From Chrysochromulina tobinii (lineage: Eukaryota), in contig JWZX01002533.1 in the NCBI GenBank assembly GCA_001275005.1, forward strand, positions 1 through 33,642: a DNA stretch of 33,642 bases. Reading direction: 5' to 3'. The position numbers and the translations under genes are program-made. Below the pieces are notes generated by a model. It did not search any database. It was given only the letters and a program-made list of their open reading frames with translations, and was not told the origin of the DNA. Shown here one piece after another: positions 24,910-33,642 of the stretch (position 1 is its first letter; each line of letters begins with the position of its first letter).

Positions 24910-27423
24910 TCATGCCCCAAGTGGACGGCCGAGCCCAAAAGGGAGCGTCTCAAGCTCGATACGGCGCTCAAAGTACTCTTCAGCGGTGATTGCGGCCCAA
25001 AGGAATGAGTGCGGCGCAAGCGACACATTGATCCGGATCGAGTAGTCCACCAGCACCCTGGCAGCCGACTGAGCGGGCACTGGCCATTTGGACGGGTTGA
25101 GCAGCGAGCCACCCCACTCCAAGGCCAGTCGCGAGCCTGGCAGAGCGCCCGCGTAATAGAGTGGCAGCCGCAGCGTGGCGACCTTCGTGGCCGCCGTGGG
25201 ATTGAAGAGGTTGAGGAACGCAATCGGCTCGCCTGCCGCCCGGGCGCTGGCGTTCACGTGCATCGCGGCTTCAACGCCCCGGCCCGTCGGCCTCGAGATG
25301 TGAATCACGTCACTCGACAAGATCGGCCGGTACCTGATGAGGGAGGCAATCAGAGGTCATCAGAGATCATCAGAGGTCATCAGAGGTCATCAGAGGCCAT
25401 CAGAGGTCATCAGAGGTTATCAGAGGGACAGGATCGACCGGTACCGTTTGTAGTGGGCCGTCCAGAGCTTCCACAGCTGCTTGGCTTGTGGGCTGCCATC
25501 GTCGTACATCTCGGGCCCACGGTAGCACGGAATATTCCCCTGCCCGAGCAGCGACGCGAGGGCCTCCTCGAGCGTCTCGAGATGGTCGTCGAGCGGCGGT
25601 GGCGTGCGGTACATCTCAAACCCCAGCCACCCCTCCGTCGTCGGACTGAAGATCGACGAGTCGTAGAGATACAGGCGCGCCATCTGCAGATACTCGGCCG
25701 TCGAGTCCACATGATTCCAAGCATCCGTGTACCCGGCAGGCTCGCGGTTGGTGCCGCCGCTATTCCAGTAGGGATCCGGAACGGTCAGGAATGTGTTGAA
25801 CTCGCGCTTGAGCTGCCGATAGAAGTCAACGTTAGCGGCGTACTGCACGAGCTGCGAGTTATTTACGTGGCGGAAGCCCGACTTGCTTGTGACCGCGCAC
25901 GTGGCGCCCTCATAGGGGCCATCAGTCTCGAGCATGGCCATGCCGGTCTTGTTGAGGAAGGAGACTATGTTGTCCCGGTACTGCTGATGGTAAGCGGTGC
26001 TGAAATCGGCAATGTCCACGCTGCTACCGGGGCCATCGGGCGAGATACACTTGTCATCGCCCGTGACGCCCCCGTACGACAATTGCATCAGAGTATACCC
26101 GCCCATCTCGATGCCCAGCGATTTTGCGAACGACGTGTCGGAGGCGACGCTTGCGATGTAGGTCGGATCGGTGGAAGCTGGATCGAAGCCTGAACCAAAC
26201 GAGAGGAGCATCGCCTCGAAGCCCACCTCCGCGGCCTGTGCGGCGACCCGACGAATGCCCGCCGAGGTTGCATTCGTTGAGTAGAAGTAGAGAAGGCTTT
26301 CGGTCACCTGGGGAAAAAGTGTGCGCATGACTCGGCGGCGGGTGAGCCATTGGCGCTCGGCCTCAGTCGTGTCGCAAATGGTGAAGAACATCGTCATGAA
26401 CCGGTAGGCACCGCCATTGGCCGCGAGCAGCTGCCACGGCCCGAGAGGGTACTGAAGCTGCAGGAGCAGCGCGGTCACTGCGAGGTTGGCGTGCAGTGAC
26501 TGGTCGTTGACGTCATCCTCATAGTCAGGATCTATCCACCACGTGGGATAGTTCATGCGGCTCCCCTCATACGATCCAACATGAGGGTCGGCAGCCGGCG
26601 GCTGCGCATACTTCCAAACGGTTTTGCGTGGCATGTAGTCGGTCTCGACCAGCAACCTGTCCTTGGCATCCTCTGCGACATGCAACTCCTCCGTGACGAG
26701 CGTCTCCACCAGCACCTCGTGATCACCGCCGTTGCTCACCTCAAGCCACTTGGAAAAGGTAGGCAGGCCGTCGTGCAGCTCGTACACGACGGTCACCCGC
26801 ACGCCGCAATAGCAGCCGCAGTGCCCCGCCGGCGGCATGAATCGCACACGGAGCTGCAGACCTAGCGGGGGCCACGCAGCCATCGAGGAGTGACGCTGCC
26901 CAGGAGTCCAGGCCCATGCCGCCTTGGGCTGCGCCGTCTCGTGAGACTCGTACACAAAATCGTCCTCGCCGACGGTCCAATTCCAACGATCTTCCTCGTA
27001 GATCGCGTAACGCATCTGACCACGGAGCCCGCCGATGGCAATGCCCGCTGAGCCGATGCTGCTGCCGGTCACGTTCGGGTCGGTCTGTCCCTCGAGCGCG
27101 TCCGCCGCGTATGGCAGCAGCCCCCGCCGATGAGCTGCACCCTCATCGGGGCAGCTCAACGTGATACGCGCCTCAGGGCTCACACCTCGTAGGACCTCCA
27201 GGACTCCTCCCGTGTCAAATGACGCCTCCGATCGTAGGGCCACTGTGGCAAAGTTGGGCGTAGTAACAAAGCGTCTTGATATCAGACCGTTGGAAAGAAG
27301 CAGGGAGCCATCCGCATCCTTGGTGAGAGTGGATGATACAAGCGGCTTATCGACGAGAAAATCCTCTGACGGGAGGTGACCGAGAGCTTGGAACGCGAGG
27401 AGCATTGCACAAGGACCTAACAT
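24910..27423 (-). CDS. Secreted glycoside hydrolase-like protein resembling bacterial putative alpha-galactosidases; exons 27423-25445 and 25333-24910 (800 aa)
   Basis: Signal peptide MLGPCAMLLAFQALG. Motifs LSNGLISRRF, PPLG, VYELHDGLP..SKW, AAEVGFEAMLLSFGSGF, MGGY, ETDGPY and YKRYRPILSSDVIH..RP resemble an uncharacterised Bacteroidota/Planctomycetota TIM-barrel family (from memory, not searched). The phase-2 intron 25334-25444 joins two ORF-track ORFs in frame. Confidence 0.7.
25334..25444 (-). other. 111-bp intron: 18-bp exon duplicate plus (CCTCTGATGA)n filler
   Basis: 25316-25333 (exon) versus 25427-25444 (intron), 16/18 identical. The filler ends ...TTGCCTCCCTCATCAG. Confidence 0.85.
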
Positions 27424-27800
27424 AGTTTTGAGGGCCTGTGGTGCAGAAGAGGGACCCTGTGACCAAGCTGGGAGCTGTCATGATGAAGTCATTATGAAAA
27501 CACACAATTCACAGTCAATGTTTATAACTCAAAGTACACGTAAACAGCATACAGGACTATCGAAATGAGACACTAGCTGGCGGAGAGCTGAGAAACAGCC
27601 AAAATAAGAAAGTGCGGTGAGACCCAGAGAATGAACTCGCGGCAGGGAGGGCGCCCGCGTCGACTTGGCGCCGGTGAACCCCCAGTTGGGCGGTGGGTAA
27701 TTTCACGGAAACCTAAGTTTGCATACACCCAGCCGATGAATCTAAAGTAAGAACCCGAGCGACCTCTGACACTCTCGCGCTCCGCCGCGAGCGAGACTAT

Positions 27801-29210
27801 CTACGATATGGATGTGCTGCTGGCGCCGGAGGCGTCGGCGCCGCTCACCGCCGGGGCGTCGGTGCGGTAGATCGGCGCCTCGCCGCCCGAGGCGCGCCGC
27901 TCGTAGAGCTGCGCGCCGCGCGCGGCGACGCTGTCCATCTGCTTCGCACGCCGCTCACGCGCAACTTCGAGGTTTCGTCTCGCCACCTCGTACTCGGGCT
28001 GCAGCTCGAGCGCGTGCTCAAAGTCGGCAAAGGCCTCGGAGTACTTGCACATCTTGAGCAGCAGCGCACCGCGGTTGTTGTACGACTTCGGGTTCGAAGG
28101 GTCAAGCTCCACTGCCTTTGAGTAGTCATGCTCGGCGCCCTCTATCATCGAGGCATCACGCGCCGACAGCTTGCGATAGCAGTTGCCGCGATTGGTGTAC
28201 GACTGCGCATAGCCCGGGTCGAGAAGGATCGCCCTGTTGAAGCTCTCGAGCGCCCTCGGCACATCGCCCAGCTCGTAGTAGCACACGCCTCGGTCGTTGC
28301 ACGTCTCGGCCGACACCTGCCCCAAGTGGATCACGATCTCGAGATCGGGCAGGGCCTCGGACCACGCGCCCTGGCTGAGGTACATGCGCGCGCGGTCCAG
28401 GAGCGCCTGCCAGCAGATCGGGTCGTGCTCGAGCACCTGCGAGTAGATGGCCTCCGAGCGCGCCCCATCCCCAAGCTGCCAGTGGCACCACGCGCACTGT
28501 AGCCGTACGTGGCTCGCCACCTCGGAAGGCACGAAGGCGAGCACTTGTTCAAACTGCTCGAGCGCGGTCGCGTACTCTTGCACCTCGCAGAGCAGCTTGC
28601 CCGTCTCGTAGAGCGCGGCGAGCACTACCGGCTCCTTGCTCGTGGGCCGCTGCCCGTGCCCCGACAGCTGCAGCGCCCGCGAGTACGCGGCCCTGGCCTC
28701 CTCGATGCGCCCCTCGCGCGAGAGCATGTAGCCATCGGAAACGGCCTTCCAAGCGGCGGCGGCGGCCGGTTCGAGGCCACTCGTCTGCCCCGCCTCGACG
28801 GCGCTCACCTGCTCGCGGTACGTGTCCTCTACGCAGCTGTCTGCGCCGCTGCTTATCGCGCTCGCCGGCTTGGATGAGCGGGTCGCCGCGAGGAGAACCT
28901 GCAGCCACTCCAGCTTTTCCTTGACGGTGTCGGCGTATACGATGAAGGGTTTCTTCTCGGCTGTGTCGAAGTAGAAGGCCGTCGGCGCAAGCGTCGTATC
29001 GAGCGACGAGCCGCCCTCTGCCCGACGCAGATGCCGCACGCGCGTGATCGTTACGGTGCCCTTGCCCTTGCCCTTGCTCGCCGCCGCCTGGTCCTCGTAG
29101 TACGAAAGCTTGCAGTTGGCGCGCAGCACGAACCAGCGCCGCTTGAAGTCGGTGTTGAACGCGTGACCCTGCTTGTGCAGCCAGCCGCGATGCTTGTCCA
29201 CTTCCGCCAT
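27801..29210 (-). CDS. PH-domain plus TPR-repeat protein (469 aa)
   Basis: PH domain HRGWLHKQG...FKRRWFVL...LSYYED...KGTV...ADTVKEKLEWLQVL, followed by multiple TPRs (NDRGVCYYELGD, YTNRGNCYRKL, YNNRGALLLKM). ATG at 29210. Confidence 0.88.
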   Translation of the reverse strand: MAEVDKHRGWLHKQGHAFNTDFKRRWFVLRANCKLSYYEDQAAASKGKGKGTVTITRVRHLRRAEGGSSLDTTLAPTAFYFDTAEKKPFIVYADTVKEKLEWLQVLLAATRSSKPASAISSGADSCVEDTYREQVSAVEAGQTSGLEPAAAAAWKAVSDGYMLSREGRIEEARAAYSRALQLSGHGQRPTSKEPVVLAALYETGKLLCEVQEYATALEQFEQVLAFVPSEVASHVRLQCAWCHWQLGDGARSEAIYSQVLEHDPICWQALLDRARMYLSQGAWSEALPDLEIVIHLGQVSAETCNDRGVCYYELGDVPRALESFNRAILLDPGYAQSYTNRGNCYRKLSARDASMIEGAEHDYSKAVELDPSNPKSYNNRGALLLKMCKYSEAFADFEHALELQPEYEVARRNLEVARERRAKQMDSVAARGAQLYERRASGGEAPIYRTDAPAVSGADASGASSTSIS

Positions 29211-29319
29211 GTCGTAGTGTGAAAACTGTGTGAAATTGAAAGGACAATCCCTAGAGCACAAGGAGGAGACAAGGGAAGTCGAGTTGAGTCGCGCGTTTTG
29301 CCGGCGATTTCGCATCGCC

Positions 29320-29589
29320 GTAAGTTCGACAACTTCGTCCGCGGTCAGCAAAGGGTGCGCTTCCCTGCTGTGCGCGGCGCCAGTAACACCAACCTTGCCT
29401 GACGCGCCGTCGCACTCTGGCCTGAGCACTGCACTCTGGCCCACCTGCAACGACGGCTCGCTGCTGCTGATTGCACGCGCCTGGCGCTTTGCTGTGGCAC
29501 CGAAGCCTCCACCGGCCACTTTCTCGCCTGCGCCTCAATCAATGTGCTTCAATCCTGCTGACCAGATCCCGCGCGCGCACGCCCCGTAG
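29320..29589 (+). other. Probable 5' UTR intron of the clathrin light chain gene
   Basis: Consensus donor GTAAGT at 29320, candidate branch site CTGAC at about 29558, and acceptor CCCGTAG at 29589, 9 nt before the ATG. Confidence 0.5.
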
Positions 29590-29598
29590 GTGTCCAAC

Positions 29599-30198
29599 AT
29601 GGACGACGATGATTTCGGCTCTTCGCCCGCGCCCGCGCCCGAGGTCGGTGGTGACGAGTTTGACATGCCTGTGTCTGCGCCCAACGACATGGGCGGCGCG
29701 AACATGGGCGGCATGGACATGGGCGGCTCGAACATGGGCGGCATGGACATGGGCGGCATGGACATGGGCGGCATGGGTGGCATGGGCATGAGCGTGGCCC
29801 CAGCCCCGGCGCCTCCGCCGATGCCGATGCCGCCAATGGGCGGCATGGGCGGCGGCTTCGTCGCGCCGATGGAGATGGGTGCTGTGGCCAAATGGCGCGT
29901 CGAGCGCGACGAGAAGGTCGCGGCCAAGGCGGCCGCCTCGCGCGAGGCGGAGGCTGCCAAGCTTGCAGAGGCCAAGGCGGCGCTCGATAACTTCTACGCC
30001 GAGCGCACGAGCAAAATCGCCAAGCGTGCGGCCGAGAACCGCACTGCGGAGGCGGCGTACGCCGCTGAACGCGACAGCGCCATGATCGCCAACTCGTGGG
30101 AATCGGTCTGCAAGCTCGTCGACCTCAAGGAGAAGGCGGGCGCCATTAAGGACACGTCTCGCATGCGCTCGCTCCTCACGCAGCTCAAGCACGGCTGA
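29599..30198 (+). CDS. CLC: Clathrin light chain (199 aa)
   Basis: Acidic N-terminus, KWRVER..., LDNFYAER, and C-terminal NSWESVCKLVD...KDTSRMRSLLTQLK typical of clathrin light chains. Contains GGMDM low-complexity repeats. Confidence 0.92.
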   Translation: MDDDDFGSSPAPAPEVGGDEFDMPVSAPNDMGGANMGGMDMGGSNMGGMDMGGMDMGGMGGMGMSVAPAPAPPPMPMPPMGGMGGGFVAPMEMGAVAKWRVERDEKVAAKAAASREAEAAKLAEAKAALDNFYAERTSKIAKRAAENRTAEAAYAAERDSAMIANSWESVCKLVDLKEKAGAIKDTSRMRSLLTQLKHG

Positions 30199-30688
30199 GC
30201 GCGAGTGCCCGCAGTGGAGAGCGCCCCCCTCCCGAGCTAGCGACGAGAGGAGAGCGCGCGTGCATCGCGAGGCGGCGGTGACGCAACGCACGAGATCGGG
30301 AGGGAATTTTATGTGGAGGGGTTGGCCGGAGGAGCGTATAGTATGCCTGCCGGCTCGGCAATCTGTTGAACGAGGTCAGAACTGGGGGGGATGTCGGCAC
30401 AAAGCGTGCCAAGAAATTGAAACCCAAACCGGACGGCTCTATTCAAACACCCGGTCGCAGAGAGTGCAGACTGAGTGGCTGCCAGGGAGGTGCAGTGGGC
30501 GGCCGCGGCGAAGCGTCCGACCGCGTGGACGGGACCGGTCCGGAGACGCGGGTTGACGCGGGTTGCCGGGTCGTCCCTCCACGCCCCAGCCGCCCGCGCG
30601 CCCCACGCACCACACACCTGCCGGACGAGTTTCGTATCGCGGACTTGAACGTTTCTCCGTAGGCCGAGGGCCTGCATGGCACGTTGTC

Positions 30689-31624
30689 CTACTCCTCCTG
30701 GGCCTCGTCCTTTTCCTCGGCCGCAGGCTCGTCCTTGTCGTCCTCCTCAGCGTCCTCGTCGTCCTCGCCACCCTCCTCCTCGTCCTCCTCCTCCTCGTCC
30801 TCGTCGCCCTCGTTGTCCTCTTCCTTGCTCACCTTCTGTTTCTTCTTGGCGGGCCCGCTGCTGCCGCCCCCGAGCGCCGCCTTGAGCGCCGCCTTCTTCT
30901 TATCATACTCCGCCTTGAGCGCCGCCGCCTCGGCTTCGTACTTTTGCCTACGCTCATCCGAGATGCCCTTCCACTTCTCAGCGAGGATCTTCATCATGTC
31001 GGTTGCCGAGGCGTCCGGGTTCTCCTGCTTAACCTTTTCGCGCTTGTTGTTGCAGTACAGCAAGTACCCCGACGGCGGCCGCTTGAGCTCATCCTTGGCC
31101 TTCTTGCCTTTGCCTTTGGCCTTCTTCTCGGAACGTGCGCGCTTCTCGCCAGACTTGAGCGCGAGCGACTTTTTGCCGCTCTCGGCTGGTTCCTGCAGGA
31201 AGGCGACCAGCGCCTCCACGTTCTCAGCCTTCGTTCCTGACGTCGGCTGGTCGCACAGCGCGAGCAGCGTCTTGATCATCTTGCCGTCAAGCTTGGACAC
31301 GGAAGCCTTCTTTTTCTCGAGCTCAGCGCCGTCGAGAGTAAAGCCCGAAAACTCGCGCAGATTCTTCTTCACCTCGGTCTGCTTGCCCGGCCGGCCAAAG
31401 CACACCGCGTGGAACTTCTTGAGTTCCTCACTCGAGGCCGGATGCTTGTCAATGAGGATCTTCACATTCTCAATGTCGCCGAGCTTCGTGCCTGCGCCTG
31501 CGGCGATGGTGAATTCCTTCACTTCCTTCTCCTCGATCTTGAAAGTATCGACGGCCTTCACCTCACGCTTCGGGCGCTCGCGGGCGCCCGTCGCGACGGG
31601 CTCTTTCGCTGCCGCGTCGGCCAT
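30689..31624 (-). CDS. DEK-like chromatin protein with an HMG box and acidic tail (311 aa)
   Basis: DEK core RPKREVK...GAGTKLGDIENV...LKKFHAVCFGRPGK...KKNLREFSGF, SAP-like LLALCDQPTSGTKAENVEALVAFL, and HMG box KRPPSGYLLYC...REKVKQENP...MKILAEKWKGIS...KYE. Confidence 0.88.
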   Translation of the reverse strand: MADAAAKEPVATGARERPKREVKAVDTFKIEEKEVKEFTIAAGAGTKLGDIENVKILIDKHPASSEELKKFHAVCFGRPGKQTEVKKNLREFSGFTLDGAELEKKKASVSKLDGKMIKTLLALCDQPTSGTKAENVEALVAFLQEPAESGKKSLALKSGEKRARSEKKAKGKGKKAKDELKRPPSGYLLYCNNKREKVKQENPDASATDMMKILAEKWKGISDERRQKYEAEAAALKAEYDKKKAALKAALGGGSSGPAKKKQKVSKEEDNEGDEDEEEEDEEEGGEDDEDAEEDDKDEPAAEEKDEAQEE

Positions 31625-31768
31625 ATTTGCGTCCGCGGTGGCGCCAAAGTTGACGAAGATGATTCTATCGCTTACTCAAGCTCTCAGGCTCGGATAACGA
31701 ACTAGTTTCTTCCGGCTCGGATCCCCGAACTCTAGCGCGAATCGAGCATTCCCGCGCTTACCGGTACG

Positions 31769-33642
31769 ATGCGGCTTTGGAAGGCGCGGACGCGCTCGCC
31801 TAGCCTGACGCTCTGGTTCTTCGCTGCACTCTTCCTGAAGCATGGCGCAGCGGACCTATGGCCCAACATGACGGCCGTTGCGTGCGATCGCGAGCCGGCT
31901 ATTTCGGGCACGACGCTCGCCCACTGCAACATCACCACGCGCGACCGCTTTGGCCAGCCAGTGGGCGGCGCTGAGGCGGACAACTTCTACATCGAACCGA
32001 CAACAGAGCTGACGCAGCAAGGCGCCATCTACGGCGGACCCATTCACTGGTACGTGGACTTTGCCACGTGTCCCGCGGGCACGCACAATGTCACGGTCTC
32101 GGTCAGGCTGGCGCCGTTCGATGAGGTCAACGTGACAGGCGAGGTGCTGGTGGTGGGTGGCCACACGACCAACTTCACGATCGACTGCGGGCGATTTCTT
32201 GCGGGAGGGGTGGCCGTAGCAGGCGATCCGGTCGCGTGCGCCATCACTACGATTGACGCGTGTTCCAACCCGACCGCGACTCCGTGGCCCCACTCTGCAA
32301 CGGAGTGGCACATCGAGCGCTACGGAAAGGCGCTGCTGGGGCCGCACGGAGACGTGGTGCTGCCCGTCGTGCAGGGCGCGCCGTTCTTCGTGGCGGCGAG
32401 CGGCGGCACCGCGGGCGGCGCCGTCGTCGTGTCCACGCAGCCGCAGACAGAGGCGTACACGACCGTCTTCGGCACTGGGAGGTACTGGGATGAAAGCCTC
32501 AATTACACAGAGGCCGGGACAGCCGGCGTGACCGTGTCGCTCGTGACGGCCAACTTCTCGTCGACGTTGAGCTCGGGCATCCTCATCCGCGCGGCGGCTC
32601 TCTCCGAGCACCAGACGGTGGTCCACTGCTTCCCCAACCCGCTGCCCATTCGGCACCAAGTCACGTGCCTCGTCAGCACCTTCGACCGATTCGGCAACCC
32701 GCAGATTGGCGCCACGCCCGACCAGCTCCAGCTCCTGTATCTGCTCGACCCAGCGGACCCGAACGAGAACACGCCCTGCTGCCGTGTGGCACCGGGTGGC
32801 CCACTCGTGGGGCTGCAGCCGACGGACCGCCTCGACACCTTCTCGGTCAGCTACATGGCCGTCGCGCGCGGGCGGGCGGGCATTCGCGTGTCGCACACGT
32901 TTACGATCGGCCAGCCTAACCAGGTGAAGAGCCACCACGTGGAGGTCGTGCGCACCGACCTGTTCTTCTCACCCGACACGGCAGTCATGCGGCTGCCGCA
33001 GACATTCACAGTGAGCCTCAGCACGTACGGCGCCGCACATTGGTCGACGATGATTCGCTTCGTACCCGGAGGCCAGTCGGCGGTGGACGCGGGTTGCTTG
33101 CAAGCGCCGAACTCGAGGCTCGCGCTCGTGGTCGACACGTTGAATCAGGCAACGTCCAGCCCGGTATTCCGATTCGACCTGCCGGGAGCGTACGGCGTGT
33201 GCTTCTTTGTGAACGCGAGCACCAGCCCCGCCGGTCAGGGCACGAGGCCCTCCGACTACCTCGACGGTGGGGCGCTCGAGGTTTTCTACCCTGTCCAGAC
33301 GATGCAAGGGGGACAGACAGGCCTGGATCTGCTCGTGAACGCGGAGCTCTCGCTCACGCTAGAGACGCCGACCATCGGCCAGAGCACATACGATCTGGGC
33401 GGTGACCTCGTGAAACTGGTGCCCGACGGCGAAAATTGCACGTTCGCGGCCAATGTGAGCGACGGCGGCCTCGTGACACGTTCTCTTGTTGGCGCCAACA
33501 CTATCTTTTCGATCCCAGTGCAGCTCATGGTGCCGGCCGTCTACACGTTGTGCCATGCTTTCAAGCACCAGTTCACCCGTCAGGTGTGCCGAATGACGCC
33601 GAAGGCGCCGCCCCCCGCGGCCCCGCCTCTGCCGCCTGCGGT
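31769..33642 (+). CDS. Partial secreted or cell-surface glycoprotein with filamin/Ig-like repeats (runs off the window; probable donor GT at 33584)
   Basis: Not in the ORF track because it has no stop codon. My translation from ATG 31769 is open to the window end: signal-like LTLWFFAALFLKHGAA, repeated CNITTRDRFGQP / CAITTIDACSNP / CLVSTFDRFGNP motifs, and many N-x-S/T sites. Confidence 0.75.
   Translation, partial: MRLWKARTRSPSLTLWFFAALFLKHGAADLWPNMTAVACDREPAISGTTLAHCNITTRDRFGQPVGGAEADNFYIEPTTELTQQGAIYGGPIHWYVDFATCPAGTHNVTVSVRLAPFDEVNVTGEVLVVGGHTTNFTIDCGRFLAGGVAVAGDPVACAITTIDACSNPTATPWPHSATEWHIERYGKALLGPHGDVVLPVVQGAPFFVAASGGTAGGAVVVSTQPQTEAYTTVFGTGRYWDESLNYTEAGTAGVTVSLVTANFSSTLSSGILIRAAALSEHQTVVHCFPNPLPIRHQVTCLVSTFDRFGNPQIGATPDQLQLLYLLDPADPNENTPCCRVAPGGPLVGLQPTDRLDTFSVSYMAVARGRAGIRVSHTFTIGQPNQVKSHHVEVVRTDLFFSPDTAVMRLPQTFTVSLSTYGAAHWSTMIRFVPGGQSAVDAGCLQAPNSRLALVVDTLNQATSSPVFRFDLPGAYGVCFFVNASTSPAGQGTRPSDYLDGGALEVFYPVQTMQGGQTGLDLLVNAELSLTLETPTIGQSTYDLGGDLVKLVPDGENCTFAANVSDGGLVTRSLVGANTIFSIPVQLMVPAVYTLCHAFKHQFTRQVCRMTPKAPPPAAPPLPPA

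Noticed and set aside
29211..29519. N-terminal extensions from TTG/GTG starts in the ORF track (also 3750-3827, 22065-22238, 23392-23538, 24519-24731, 11330-11407)
   Set aside because: In a eukaryotic context the first in-frame ATG fits the domain or leader boundaries, and the extensions overlap promoters or neighbouring genes.

Overview
GC-rich, compact eukaryotic genomic DNA. A haptophyte such as a Chrysochromulina-like alga is my inference, based on a GC-AG intron, a bipartite plastid-type leader and satellite-filled introns. I reconstruct about 15 protein-coding genes: a 2OG-Fe(II) oxygenase, a single-chain PDX2-PDX1 PLP synthase fusion with a signal/transit leader, a small membrane protein, a 14-exon polycystin (PKD2/TRPP-like) channel, a Myb plus Zn-knuckle protein, an ADP1-like ABCG transporter with a Cys-rich ectodomain, an RMDN/PTPIP51-like protein, a TPR co-chaperone-like protein, a membrane DnaJ protein, IMP2 peptidase, a secreted bacterial-type glycosidase-like protein, a PH-TPR protein, clathrin light chain, a DEK-HMG protein and a partial Ig/filamin-repeat surface protein. 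The most unusual signal is in the introns. Most polycystin introns, and the single glycosidase intron, consist of a direct duplication of adjacent exon sequence (7-42 bp) plus a family of satellite fillers. The duplicated exon supplies one splice site, the filler supplies the other, and the protein is left unchanged. Several introns still hold a fossil copy of the spliced exon-exon junction. This looks like a recent 'duplicate-and-fill' intron-generating process. All exon models were derived by hand from frame and splice-site consistency and need RNA-seq confirmation.
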